This document shows positions 11,155 through 23,391 of a DNA stretch of 40,805 nucleotides, piece by piece. Source of the stretch: Cyanophora paradoxa CCMP329. Lineage: Eukaryota; Plantae; Glaucophyta. Where the stretch lies: contig QPMI01000055.1 in NCBI GenBank assembly GCA_004431415.1, positions 1-40,805 of the forward strand, written 5' to 3'. The position numbers and the translations under genes were made by a program. The first letter of the stretch is position 1; every line of letters begins with the position of its first letter. Under the pieces are notes generated by a model that was not told the origin of the DNA, searched no databases, and saw only the letters and a program-made list of their open reading frames with translations.

Positions 11155-11565
11155 CAGTGATGCTAAACTTTCACTTTCCAAACTTTCAACTTGAAAATTT
11201 TCATGTAAATTTTCAGTAAATTTTCACCTCCAAAATGAGCAATGAAAACTTTCAATAAATTTGTAAGGGGGGTACCGTTGAAGAGGCCATTCTGGGGGCG
11301 TTTCACGCCATAAACGAGGGTCAAATCCGTCGAAACGAGGGCCATAAACGAGGGCCACACATTCTGGCGGTCTCTGCTGGTGTCAAGAGACCAGAGTATG
11401 CATTTTTCAGGAACCGTACCCCCCTCCCCAACGTGAAAAGAACGGCAAAGATACATCTGCACCTCATTTACTGAAAGAACGGCAAAGATACATTTGCTGA
11501 AAGTTTTCGAAAGTTTACTGAAAATTTACAGGGCATTTTGGGATAATAAAATTTCAGCAACACTG
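11155..11565. mobile_element. Non-autonomous hAT-type DNA transposon (411 bp)
   Basis: Imperfect TIRs CAGTGATGCTAAACTTT / CAGTGTTGCTGAAATTT (reverse complement). Perfect 8-bp TSD ATGGGCAG at 11147-11154 and 11566-11573. Sub-terminal inverted TGTAAATTTTCAGTAAA. Confidence 0.85.
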
Positions 11566-11603
11566 ATGGGCAGTTCGTGTAACTACTACGTATACGTACA
11601 CTG

Positions 11604-12067
11604 TACTGCGCCGTGCGCTACCATATCACCGTGGCACTGCGCTCAAAAATTTTAGAACGCAGTAATTTGGTAGCGCAGTATTAAATATTACCCCCTTTGC
11701 TAACAAATAATATATTTTCGAGGCCGATCGCGATGCTGCGGCCCCCAAGGTGCTGTGGCGCAGTATACCGTAAAACACTTAAGTAATGCGGGCACTTAAC
11801 TTGTGACTTAAGTAATGCGGTCCCGAAATAATGCGTTTTCCGCTGGCAAAACGCATTAATTTGGGGGCGCATTAATATCCAAGCGCTAAGCCGGCGCTAA
11901 GAAAACTGCGGTATGTACCCCCCTCATGCAGCCAGAAGGCTTCAAAACGCATTAATTCGGGGGCGCATAATGAACCGTACTGGGGGTTCGGGTCCAAAAA
12001 CGCATTACTTACCGGCGCATTACTTAAGTGTTTTACGGTACGTAAATAAGTGTACTTAATTACACGG
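11604..12067. mobile_element. Degenerate copy of MITE family A, interrupted by MITE B
   Basis: 11615-11728 is similar to 12581-12680 (GCGCTACCATAT..TTTAGAACGCAGTAATTTGG..CCCCCTTTGCTAACAAATAAT..TTTTCGAGGCCGAT). A right-end remnant AAATAAG..TTACACGG follows the nested insert. Confidence 0.55.
11768..12038. mobile_element. MITE B, Tc1/mariner-pogo type (271 bp)
   Basis: Perfect 23-bp TIR CCGTAAAACACTTAAGTAATGCG, flanked by TA on both sides (11766-67, 12039-40). Internal TAATGCG/CGCATTA repeats. Confidence 0.9.
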
Positions 12068-12544
12068 TTAACTTACACCGTACTTACACCGTTACACGGT
12101 ATTGGGCACTGGGCAGTGGGCACTGGGCACCGTGCACCGTGCACGTGGCATGCGCAGTGGTGGCACATCCGATGATCATGATCCGACCAATGTTCGTCAT
12201 TGTTCGCGATCGGGCCCCGCCGGGAACCGAGCCTCCGGAGTTGACCGTCGGACGTCGGTGGCTCGGAGGAGTCGGAGCCGAATCCTCGTTTTTTTCGCTA
12301 CGCGATTCGAAACCTCGAAGGGAAAAAAACTCGAGAAACCGGCGTCGACGTCGGTCCGCCGATCAACACTAAAAACACTGTGAAGAGTCGCTTCACAGGA
12401 ATCACTGGCGATTCACCCGCGATTCGAATTCACCGGCGAATCACCGCCACCGTGCGCGGCGCCGGGTGGCCCGGGTCACCGGGCCGGGTACCGGACGGTC
12501 CGGACCTACTAGGCTACCGGTACTACCGCAGTCTACCGGACCTA

Positions 12545-12774
12545 CCGTGTAATACTTAATTACCGCGCCGACATAACTACTGCGCTACCATATTACTGCG
12601 CTCAAAATTTTTAGAACGCAGTAATTTGGAAGCGCAGTAATACCCCCTTTGCTAACAAATAATGCATTTTCGAGGCCGATGGAACGCAGTAATTTGGTAG
12701 CGCAGTAAAGCGCCTACCGGCGCAGAAAATTTGGAACGCAGTAATTTGTGGCGCAGTAAATAAGTATTACACGG
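12545..12774. mobile_element. MITE A, Tc1/mariner-pogo type (230 bp)
   Basis: Perfect TIR CCGTGTAATACTTA, flanked by TA (12543-44, 12775-76). Internal TACTGCG/CGCAGTAA sub-terminal repeats. Confidence 0.85.
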
Positions 12775-13618
12775 TACTACGCGGCCGTGCGCATGTCCGA
12801 CGGTCGCAGCTGCAGTACTAGTGCCAGACTGCCAGTCACTGAGTACCGGTACTAGTCACTGAGTGCCGCAGACTCCGCAGTGCCGCAGTGCCGCAGTGCA
12901 TGGGCAGCATGGCACAGACTCGCCGCACAGTTGGCACAGTTGGCACTGCTTGGCAGTGACTCGCCGCCTGACTCAGTGAGCTTGCTGGCGCGGTCGTCTC
13001 GGCATCGTACTACGGTAGATCTAGAGTCTGTAATATGACTCTGTATACATCATACGTTTAGCAATGTATAGCTACTAGCCTAGTACGCTAGCACGGGAAA
13101 TATATACTATGATAGGTCCGACGGCCGCCGCCGCCGCCGTACGGTACGCGCACGCGTAATGCGCATGCGCATGCGGATCGACATCGTGAACATCGCCATG
13201 GCCAGCTGCAGCGCACCCGCATCTGTGAATTCGAATGCGCAGCGGCCGCGGATATTCGTATAAACAGCTTCGCGCGCAAACTTGAAAGCTCGCGGCCTCA
13301 CGACATATATATCTATATATTATATATCGATCGCGGCCGCGGCGCCGGCGTCGGCCGTCCTGGTGCCGCATCCGCAGACATACACGTATAATGTACATGT
13401 ATACGCACACACTGTGACACACATGCATATGCACGCGTACATACAAACTCAAACGCGCTGCAGCTGAACCTCCCCCTCGTACTTCCGGTTCGTCTGCGCA
13501 TGCTTTATATATAAATCAGTATGCATACGTATATATGTGCAGCCCTAGGGTGCATATAAATGCTCACCGAGCTCGAGTCATCGTCATGACTCAGTGATCA
13601 GCTGCATGCAGGTTTACA

Positions 13619-16600
13619 ATGACAACCATCACATGTACACATACACATGTCCTCGCGAATTCGAATGCCGGGGGGCAGTCGGGGGCAGAGAGAGGCAGTT
13701 TCGACGCCACGCGTACGGCTGCAGCCGCGGCCGGCGGACGGGACCACGTCCAAGCCGCCGTCGACAGCCCACGCCCGTTGATTGCGACGCTGTCGCGTCC
13801 GCTGGCCCGGGGCCAGCTGCAGAATCGTCTCTGCTGGTCCAACCAGCCGGGATGGGGCCTTTGCTCCCATTTCCGTTCCGTGCACCGTTCCAACCGCCAG
13901 TTCCGCCAGCAGCTCAGGCCTAGGGCACCGGGCAGCATCCGCTCCTCCGCATCTGCGAGCCCCGTCCCCGCGGCCAACTTCGACTACTTCGAGTCGCGCC
14001 CCGACTCCCGCTCCGTCACGCCTCCCCCCGTTCCCGCCGCCCCGCCGCCGCACCCGCAGAGCGCCGACATCCAGCCGCCAGCGGCTACGTTTGCCGGCTC
14101 CGTTCTGATTTACAAGCTCGGCCTGAACGAATCTGCTTCGACATCCGTGTCCTCTTTCAAAGCTGGGGAGACTTCGAATGCCGCCGTCGACGCCGACAAA
14201 CAAGTCGAGGAAAACGAGTGCTTCCGCAGCGAGCTCAGCGCGTTTCTAGAGGCGGCGAGCGCTCCTTTGGCGACCCAGGAAAACGTACTCGTGCGCACCA
14301 CAGAGCGGCGCCGGCGCTCGCCTCAAACGAACGATGGACCGGGATAGCTAGCGCTGATCGGCCGCGTCGCGTCAGATCCTCGAAGAGTTTCTCTCTGAAG
14401 ACAAGCAGGTGAAGCAGAGGGGCGGGTCTAAGTCGATCGCGACTTCGCCCACGTCTGCGGGTAGCAACTCGCGGGGCGGCCTCTGGAGGTGTGCGGAATG
14501 CACCGACGTCGAGCTAGAATTCAATGATACCCTGTCCCTCACGCCGCTCTCGCGATCGCGCGCTGCGCAGGCGTTCGTCGACGTCCCGATGGAGGAGGAC
14601 TCGCCCGCCTCGCGCCAATTCCGCTTCCTCGCTTCACTCTTGCAGGCGCTGATGCGGAAGCTCCAGTGTATTCTACTGATCGACGACTTGTACGTGCAAA
14701 GTCAGTTATATGCGTGCCCACGCGCTCTGCTCACCCGCCCGATCGCGAAAAGATACGCGCTGGATGCGATGTCGACCAAGCTGAGTGCGTCTTTCTTGTT
14801 AAATTCGCAGAAGCTGAGATATAGATTCTAACGATATGATATCGATGGGGCTTTTTTTGGGTTCCGCAGTAAGTTTTATCGGTCTCTGCCAGTGAGTTTT
14901 TGCAGGGATTTAATTCGTTCGAAGTCATTTTTCGCAACCGACCATTCCGTGAAATCAAACACCAGCACCACCTACATGCTCGTCACCTCGAGGCCGGTCC
15001 CGCCGCACACGGTTCATTGCACAGCCACTCTCGTTCCGTTGCGCCCGGATCCGAGCGCTACAATCAGGTCTGTGCGGAGTACTCGTCGCTCCGCTCAAGC
15101 GTCCACACTCTGTTCATTAAGCTCAACCCGATCGCCAGCGTCGGTTCGTGCGGCTCGAATCTATTCAGAACCAATTACGATCGCGAAGCTTTGCATCTGA
15201 TACTCTTGGCAATCGGACATCTGCAGAAGAGGCCCGGGGATTCCTCGCACATGCACTGAAGGTTCTCCCGTCGGAGCGATCATGGTCAGCGTTTGCCGTC
15301 GCTGACGGCGCGCAGGTAAAGTCAGAGCACCTTAGCGAAGCCCTGGCCGTCCAACTGCTGGACAAGTCGGGCGGATCGCCTGCTGTGCTGAAGCAGATGG
15401 CATCGCACCTCGTCCGCACCGGTCTCGTGAAGGTGCTCCGTACATCTCGAAGCGCGCTGTGCGAGAAGCGCGGCTCAGCTCGCGAATGCGCAGGTGGACG
15501 GCGGGCGCGTCCTGGCGAGCCTCTCCATCCTCGAGTCGCAGGTGGCGATCTCGGCCGCCTCGCGGCGAGCCGGCGGCGCCGGCGCCGGCGCCGGCGCCCC
15601 CGCGGCCAGTTCGGACCTCGCCGAGTGCGCATGCTCGCGTGGGCCGCGGCCGCCGCGGCCCGGCCGGCCCCTCCCGACAACGATTTCCGGGGCGTAATGT
15701 AATGCTAACGCTCGCGATGTCGATCGCCCATGCCAGCGAGGATCCGGAGGCGCAGAGGGCCGCGCAAGCGATCGCCATGATCCTGAAGAGCGACGCGGCC
15801 ACCTCGCTCGGCGTCTTAGGCCTCGACCGCGTGCCGCCGCTCCCCGCCCTCGTGCTCAAGATGTGCTCCGCGCTCGGGGCCCGCTTCGAGATGGCCCAGG
15901 CGATGGTGAGCTGCGTCTTTGCTTTGCAAACGGCGCTGAAGCTCACTCCCAATTCGCAGTACGCGATCGATGGCGCGGTCGATCCGTCGATGGTTGCGGC
16001 GTCCCTTGTGGTGCCTTGCAGCTGCTGCCGGAGCTCATATAGATTAATATTTATCGACTGCCGCCCACTGTTAACGCTGCAATCAGGTATTGGAACGCTA
16101 CGGCCACCTGCGGCAGGTTCAGCACCGCAGCGGGCTGTTCGGATTCGTTTTCTGCGAGGAGCTGCAAGGTCGGCGTCCCCTACGAACTCGAATCATCTCG
16201 GCCGCGCTAATTAGTAATCGCAACCGACCGCGGCTCATGATCCCAGCCGACGTCCTGCGGTCGACGCTCTCCAAGGACGACATCGCGTTCCTCTCCTGGC
16301 GCTCCGCAAAGTACCTCGTCAGGACGGCCGGCTCCCGCAGCCCGTCGGCCGCGGAGGCGGTGCGCGCAGACAGATCTATATCTAGACCCGTCAGTCGGCG
16401 TCTAGATCTAGATCTAGACCTCGAGCTCGGCCCGCGCCGCGGCCAAATTAAACTCGCAATCGATCGCAATCGCGAACAGGTCGCGAGGCTCTATGTGGCG
16501 GCCGGCGCCAAGGAGCTGGCCGTACCCTTCTTCGAAATCGCCGGTGCGCATGCGCATGCCGCATTGCGGAAGTCTTGCAGGCTTATATATGATAAATTAA

Positions 16601-19600
16601 ACCTCACGCGTCCGACGGTCCTGGCGGCCAACCCAACCGTCGGACATCCAAATCTATCTATAGCTATAGCCTGCAGGCCCACATAATATATAAACGGAAG
16701 TTCTATCTATCATAGTAGTTGTATACCCTGCAGGCCCACGTAATATATAAACGCCTCGCGTCCTGCCGGCGCCGTTCATGATCATGGCCAACCCGACATA
16801 TGCATCAGCCGAGGTTGCTCTGGAGGACGGGCGATATGGGGAGGCACTCGAGCACGCGGACCGCGCCCTGTCTTCCATCAGCCGGTGCGCTGTCGACGTC
16901 GCGCGGATGCTGCAGCTGCCAATGGGCTTAAAAGCGCCGTGCACGCGTACGTGGGAGCAGATCGCTGGCCATGGAAAACCGAGGCGGGGGAAGGGGGAAG
17001 GGGGACGGGGACGGGGGCTCGAGCGAGCAGTCCCTCGCGGCCGCACGCCTCTGGCAACTCCGCGCCCGTGCCGCGTACTCGATGGGCCACTTGTCGGAAG
17101 CACTGAGGGTGCGTGGTGCTTCCTTCCTCGTGCATCGCGGCTGCTCTAGATCTACGTCCACGTATCGTATACAAGCAAATAAAGCGGCGTTAAAAGCGAT
17201 GATTACGAATAGAATAGGTAGTTTTGGACTTCATTTAGGGATTATCGCTATCTTTTATGTATTTCGTCGACTTCAACAACGACGAAATTAAACCGATTTT
17301 TGGGCGCAGGCCACCGAGGCCTGCTTCAATTTCCTCAAAGAGCCCACCGCGACGAAGCAGAGCGGCTACGCCTTCCTGTTCCGCGCACTCGCATCGCTGG
17401 CGATGCCCGCCATTCACACAAGGTCCCTTCATCTTTTTGAACCGTGAACGCTCAAGCTTAAGCTGCTGGAACTGTACATGATTTCGTCACGGCGTGTGAC
17501 CGTGACCCGCTAAATTTTTCCAGACGCGGCGTCCATGGATTGGACAACCAAACCGGCGGCGAGACTTCTAATTATAAGAACACGTATACGTGGGCGAACG
17601 AGGCTTCTCTGCAGGCGGCGTTGGACAGGCAGCGGGCCCCGCCGGCGGACCAGCGCCTGCGCGTACTGAGGCGAGTCGCCCACCTCAAATTAAATCTTTC
17701 CATTTGAAATTCGAATTCAAGTTTGATTTCTCTCGAGCATCGACTGATCGTAACCGGACCGGGACCGTCACGCAGCGACGCCCTCGCCGCCTACGTCCCC
17801 GTCCTGCTTCATAGCGGGGACGTCGCCGCAGCGGCGTATTTCGGTGACTTGTCTTTCATTCAATGATTCTCGAGCTTAAGCTTAAGCTTCTGGTTCGCAA
17901 TTGCAACGACGCGCCCGCGCGCTGACTCCGAGAGGTTTGCGTTCGAATTCAGCGATGAAACGGGTCAGGCTGGAGGCGGGCATGCCACAGGGGGATACCA
18001 GTTGCAAGCCCTCGCGCTTCGAGGACGCCGCTGCGACCGCCTCTGGAGTCGTTGCAGTGCGCCTTTGCCTTTCAAGCCTTCGCCTTCGTTGCGCGGGCCG
18101 GGGCAGGGGCACCGACACGGGCGGGGCGGGGGCCGGGCGCGTGTGCAGTTGCTGCCTGGGCGCCAACGTCTCGCCGAGCGCCTGCGCGACGCGGCCTCCG
18201 ACAACTGCAGCGCGTCTCGACGCGCATCCGCCGGTTTCCTCCTCCATCAGGTGCATATTAATGAGAGTACGCTGTGCTGCGTGGCAGTTGAACGGGTCCA
18301 ATTCGAACGCGCAGCTGTCGAATGCCTTGCTGCACGGCACGTTCGCCTCGTTCGACAAGATGGCGACGTCTGTGATCTCCGTGGTTAGCGCTGATTGACG
18401 CTCTGCTGGCTCCCGACCTGTCGACTTTGCCTCGCAATTAAACTTCAGCTTGTGCCAAATTTACCTTTACCGTTTCGAGCAGCTCCGATCGACCCAGAGC
18501 TCCAGCGCCGTCGGCGAGGCGCTCTTCATCAAAGGTATCGCCCACCTGCTCCGGGGGCAGGCTTCCGACGCCGAGAAGACCTTCGACAGCCTCGTGCGCT
18601 TCTGCCATTCCCTTCTGTTTCTCTAGCATATATATGTGCGGTTCCTCGCATTGATATTCAACGGTTAACGTTGGACTCGCCGACAGGTGCGGCACGCGAG
18701 GCGCGCGAGAAATTCGAACCATTTCCACCTGTCCGCCGTCCTTTTCCCGTCCATTTTCGCGCATGGAGCTCGAGTGCTGAGCTGCTCGCGCGCAGGTTCT
18801 GGGGCCTCCTAGGAGGCGCTTCCTCGAGGCTGCAGTCCTCTTCCAGTGTGTCCGTCGGGCTGGGGTGCGACCCCGCCCCACTCTTCTCGCTCTTGATCTC
18901 GACCGCGCAGCCCATTAATTTGATTTGATGTTCCACCGTGCAGAATCACCCGAGCACTCGAGGAGGCGCGCGAGAAGTTCCCCGACGAGAGCGTCACGAC
19001 GTCCCGCCTCGCCGGCGCGGCCTGCGCCGCCGCCGTCCGTGTCGCCGAGGGACGCCCGCCGAGGCCGAGGCCGAGGCGCTGGCGGGGGTACAGGTGCTCC
19101 GGGAGCAGCGCTCCAGGCGGCCGGCGGCGCTGGCGGGCCTGCCCCCCTCCCCTTCTGCCTCGTACCCCTCTGCCAGCTTGCCGACGCCCTATTGGACCTG
19201 CTTGACATGGGCTTCGGCTACCGCCTCGCGGCGAGCACCGCCCGTGCCCGCGCGCAGGCCGCGTCGGCCGGCCCCCTGCCCTTGCCTACGGTGGGCCCCT
19301 CCTCGCGGACTTTGCGGAGCGCAACTCGGGCGCGCGGCGGAGGGTTTCGCCGGGCGAGGCAGAGACAGAGCGGTCCTGGTCGCGCTCCCTCGCGGGGGCC
19401 CTAGGGGAAGTGCTCTCCGCCCTCCGTGCCGGCGGCGAGCGCTACCCGACCGTCGCCGCGTTCTCGGCCTTCTACGAGGGCCGGGCGCGGGCGCGGGCGC
19501 GGGCCGTGGACGGCGTGGACGCCGCGGGGCGTATACAGAAGAGCCTCGCGCGGGCCGAGGCGCTGGCGCGGTCGGCGGGTCTCCAGCCGCTCGAGGCCCG

Positions 19601-19730
19601 CTCCGCCTTCGCGTTGCGGGCCTTGGGCCCCGCCCTCGGGCCGCGGCCGGCCGGTCCCCGAAGCTTAAGGAGGAAACCCGTTCCGCCTCGGCCCCGCATG
19701 TTGCAGCTGCAGTGTAGTGTAGTGTACTAG
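13619..19730 (+). CDS. STAND-class (sAC/MalT-like) NTPase C-terminal region plus TPR-like helical repeats; no cyclase domain or Walker A seen
   Basis: Spliced exons: CILLIDDL|YALDAMS (Walker-B-like, ~14665-14775); YMLVTSRP; FIKLNPI; LLDKSGGSPAVLKQMASHLVRTG (GxP motif); LDRVPPLPALVLKMCSALGARF; FVFCEELQADVLRSTL..LSWRSAKYL; VARLYVAAGAKELAVPFFEIA; GRYGEALEHADRAL; LRARAAYSMGHLSEAL; ALFIKGIAHLLRGQASDAEKTF; terminal RYPTVAAFSAFYEG..LARAEALARSAGL. 5' end uncertain. Confidence 0.7.
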
Positions 19731-20080
19731 GCTAGGAACTGCTTTTCTCTGCCTGGCTGCGTCTCTTACCATATGCATGATGCCGAGTCGAGCTTGTTTT
19801 TTTACTCGAGGAGTCTTAAATTAAAAGACGGTCTGTAGAGCTGATTAAATATTATGATCCGGGTCGAGAAAGACAATCGATATCCGTTTCACCTGTTGTT
19901 CGATTATATATATGCAGAGATGTAGATTCGTCTCAGAGGTCTGATGATTGCAGCGGAGCGATTTCAGTTTTTGTAGGTGAAATTTCTGGGGGCATTTCTT
20001 ATATCCAGTTGCAGCAATTTGATTGATTTCTCAACCAAACTTTAATTTGTAGAGCGATTCTCAGATAAGATCAGATCAGA

Positions 20081-21170
20081 TCAGATCAGATCTAGATATT
20101 CGTATACGTAGACAGATATCTTCGGAACGAGGGCGGAGGCGGAAGATAGGCGAGGCGGGGCGGAGCTCAAGCGGCGGAGTGCACGTGCGGCGGCGGCACA
20201 TCTGTCGAGTGCTCGAGTGCATCCATGCACCTGCCCCGGCGGCGGTACGGCGCGGCCTCCTGCGGCGGGGCGCGCGGCGGGCGGGCGGGTGTGCTTGCGT
20301 GCATCCATGCATCGAAGTCACAGAGGCACTGACTCGTCTGATCCGGCAAAGAATCACTCGCCGAAAGACAATTGAAGAAGATCGAAGATAGCTATTACAT
20401 GTACAGCATTCTAGAGCTGATCTTGATTGTGCCGTATTCACGTGGGATAATGGACAAGACAATTGCAAGACGCGATTTAGATCTCGAACTCAAGGCAACT
20501 GCAAACCGGAAAATGCGATGCAGATTTCGATGGCCCATCTGTAGACGTCTATAGATACAGTATCTTGAGGCAAAGCCGCCGAGTTATACAGTTATCACTG
20601 ATTGAGATCTAAAGCAGTGAAACAGAGAAAGCGACAACGGCGGTGCGGCGCTGCGGCAGCTGGCCACGATATGCTCGTCGATCTAGATCTGATCATGATT
20701 AAAATTTTCGCGATCAGACGATCAGACGCGCTGCGGCTCCGGGGGGTACGAGAGGAGCCGGACGCTCCAGGAGTCGAATTCGAAGGGGGCCGAGGCCGGG
20801 GGCGCCTCGAGGGCCGCCAGGGCGCCCAGCATCTCGGCCGCGGGGCGGACGAGGAGGACGGCGTTGGCGCGGGCGTCGAAGCCGAAGGAGCGCTGCGTGT
20901 GGAGGAGCGCGCGCAGCGTGCCCCGCGTCGGCGCCGCCAGCCGCAGCGAGCAGCGGTCGGTGCTGCTGATTGTAGTACAGCCTTGCTTAGCTGTGGCCGC
21001 GGCCGGCACGACCAGACGCCTGCGGGTCGAGCTCGACAGCCACTCGAGCACTCTTCGGAGGGCCGAGAGCGACCCTTCCATCGACCATATGGATCCGCCC
21101 TCGAGATCGGTATCGATATCGCCGTCAGCGGGGAGACGACAGCCATCGATATCGCCAGAGAGAAGGTAGC
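20081..21170 (-). CDS. Possible coding exons of unknown product (may be the 3' continuation of the BTB gene)
   Basis: GC-rich open blocks (e.g. SIWSMEGSLSALRRVLEWLS, RTLRALL-like helix, LLVRPAAEMLGALAAL) bounded by AT-richer intron-like DNA. No recognised domain. Confidence 0.25.
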
Positions 21171-21510
21171 CAGGGCTTTTGTGGCGGGGGCTAGTACTGG
21201 GAGTTTGGGCCGTCGAAATCGCGACGCGCAGTGACGAAGAAGGAGAATTCGAGGAAGAATTCGAAGGAGAAGACAGAGAACTCCACGAAATACGAGCTCC
21301 TCGCGCTGCCGTGGCGAGCTCAGCTCTCGGGGTCAGCAGAGAAAAATAGCGGAATGTGGCTTAAATGAGGCTACAGCTGTAGATCTAGAGTCAAGACTCT
21401 GCCTAGGCCTGTCGGGCAATTGCACTGCACGCCTTTCTTGCACTCGCGATCGGTGTTCTTTATATTTATTAACTCTTAACATCACGCAGCTAACTCACTC
21501 ACTCACTCAC

Positions 21511-22958
21511 TCACTCGGGCTGCCGTGGCGAGCTCACTCCGGAGGTCGGCGCCGGCGGCTGCAGCTGCGCGTGCAGAGCCGCGAAGATACCTTCGAGCGC
21601 CTGGGCGGCGGCGTCTTTCGGCACTAATATATCCACAAGCTTCGTGCTGCAGTCGGGACTCGATTTCGAGTTCGAGCTCAAGCACATCGACGTCGCGGAT
21701 CCTTCGCATTCTTCGCACTGAGCAACCGGCGACTCCACGATGTGGATTCGATACGCCGTTTCGCAATCGGTTGATGCTCGTAATGCGGCGCATTCGGATT
21801 CCAGAGTGAGCAGTCCATCATCTGCGGGGGATCACGATTATCAGATCAAAATTAGAGAAGACAACTGAGCGCTATCAGAAATTCTCTAGATCTATGGCTA
21901 CGAACTAAATTCGACTGGTTTAATAATAACGTTAACGCAAGCGAGCCTGCACTTCGATCCGTCGAAGGAATGATGACATCTAACCCTGGGAAAAGCGAAT
22001 GCAATCCGGGCTTGAATTGTCGTTGTATCCCTATTAATTTCGCGCATGTGGAAATCGAGCACACTCCTGCCCGCAGCTGAAAGCTGGCGACGCCCCCGAG
22101 ACGACGCGGCGGACGCGGTCGATCTCGATCTCGAGCTTCCGACTCGCGCGGTCGGGCTCCGAGGCAAGGCCGCACGCGTCGGCGAAGCGCGCGTACGCCG
22201 CGAGCTCGTCGAGCGTCCGGAGCTGGAGCAGGAGGCCCGGCGAGCGGAGCGCCCCCAGGAGCTCGCCCGCCTGCGCGACGAGCGTTCGCACGTGATCAGA
22301 GAAATTAAAGGGCGACTCGCGATCGATTTCGGTCGCGTCGAGCTCGAGCGAAAGAGATGTTACATAAGTCTTGCATTTGTTTCACATTCGAATACAAGGC
22401 ACTCCATTTAGAGCTGATGAGAGTTCTGCGATACCGCGAGACTGGCGCAAGGCTTTGAAACTTAGTAAATTTAAGCTAAATTAAGGTAAACTGAATATTA
22501 ATAGTAAAGCGCAATCACGATACTCGATATGGAGGATTCGAAAGCTCGACTTGGCCCTGAAAATTGAATTCGATTATGGATATGAACTGGCAAAGCAACC
22601 TGGGCCTCGTCCGCGGCGGCAAAGACGTCGCTGAGGAGCGCGGGCGGAATCGACGTCCTCTCGTGCTCCAGGAATTCGAGCACGGCGCGCGCCGCGTCGG
22701 GCGTCCTGCAGAAGATGCAGACGCTCGCTCAAGTTCGCCGGATCCGCCACTGTAATTAGACGTCAACATTCTCGCGCTGAAGACGCGCGCACCAGTTCGG
22801 CTTGACGATCTCCCCGTGGCGCGCTCGCGCATCGGCGCGTCGAGCATGGCCGCGAAGAGGGGAGAGCGGCGGAGGACGGCGGCGCGCGCCGCGAGGCGCT
22901 CGCGCCCCTCGCCGACGAGCAGCGCCACCTCGGCGTCCTCGTTGATCTCCATATGCAT
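21511..22958 (-). CDS. BTB/POZ domain protein
   Basis: EDAEVALLVGEGRERLAARAAVLRRSPLFAAMLDAPMRERATG(E)IVKPNW|TPDAARAVLEFLEHERTSIPPALLSDVFAAADEAQ fits the BTB pattern, with one homopolymer frameshift. Downstream exons at 22034-22290 and 21511-21740. Confidence 0.75.
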
Positions 22959-23391
22959 GTACACGCGCGGCGCCGGCGGTGAGCCGGTTATAAAACCGCC
23001 TAGGGGTTTCCTCTCATGTGATCAGGGCTCTTCGAATATTAATGATCTCCTCGAGCTCCCAATGTCGCCGGCTCTCCTCTAGACCTTCGAATTCACGCGC
23101 ACGCTAGCGCTCGCGTGCACCACTTTACTTTTTTAGTCCCTTCGTTTTCTTCCAGTTTCCTTTTTTCTCCTGGCCTCCCTCGAGCTCCCCTCATGAGTTC
23201 TCCTTGAGCTCTCCATCCATTCTCTTTCCATTTCTCGCATCGATACGCTACGCGGCTCAGCAAGCTGTTCTTCAGAGACGCTGGCCACACGCGACAGCTT
23301 CCAATGATGGGCACGGCGCGCGGCGCGGGCGCGGCCGTCGGGCAGACGAGCACGGGAAAGCGTCCGCAGCAGCCGAGCCGCGCGGCGCACC

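Noticed and set aside
12155-12452. Possible further TIR element (CAGTGGTGG...CCGCCACCG)
   Set aside because: The inverted match is short and imperfect, and there is no convincing TSD.
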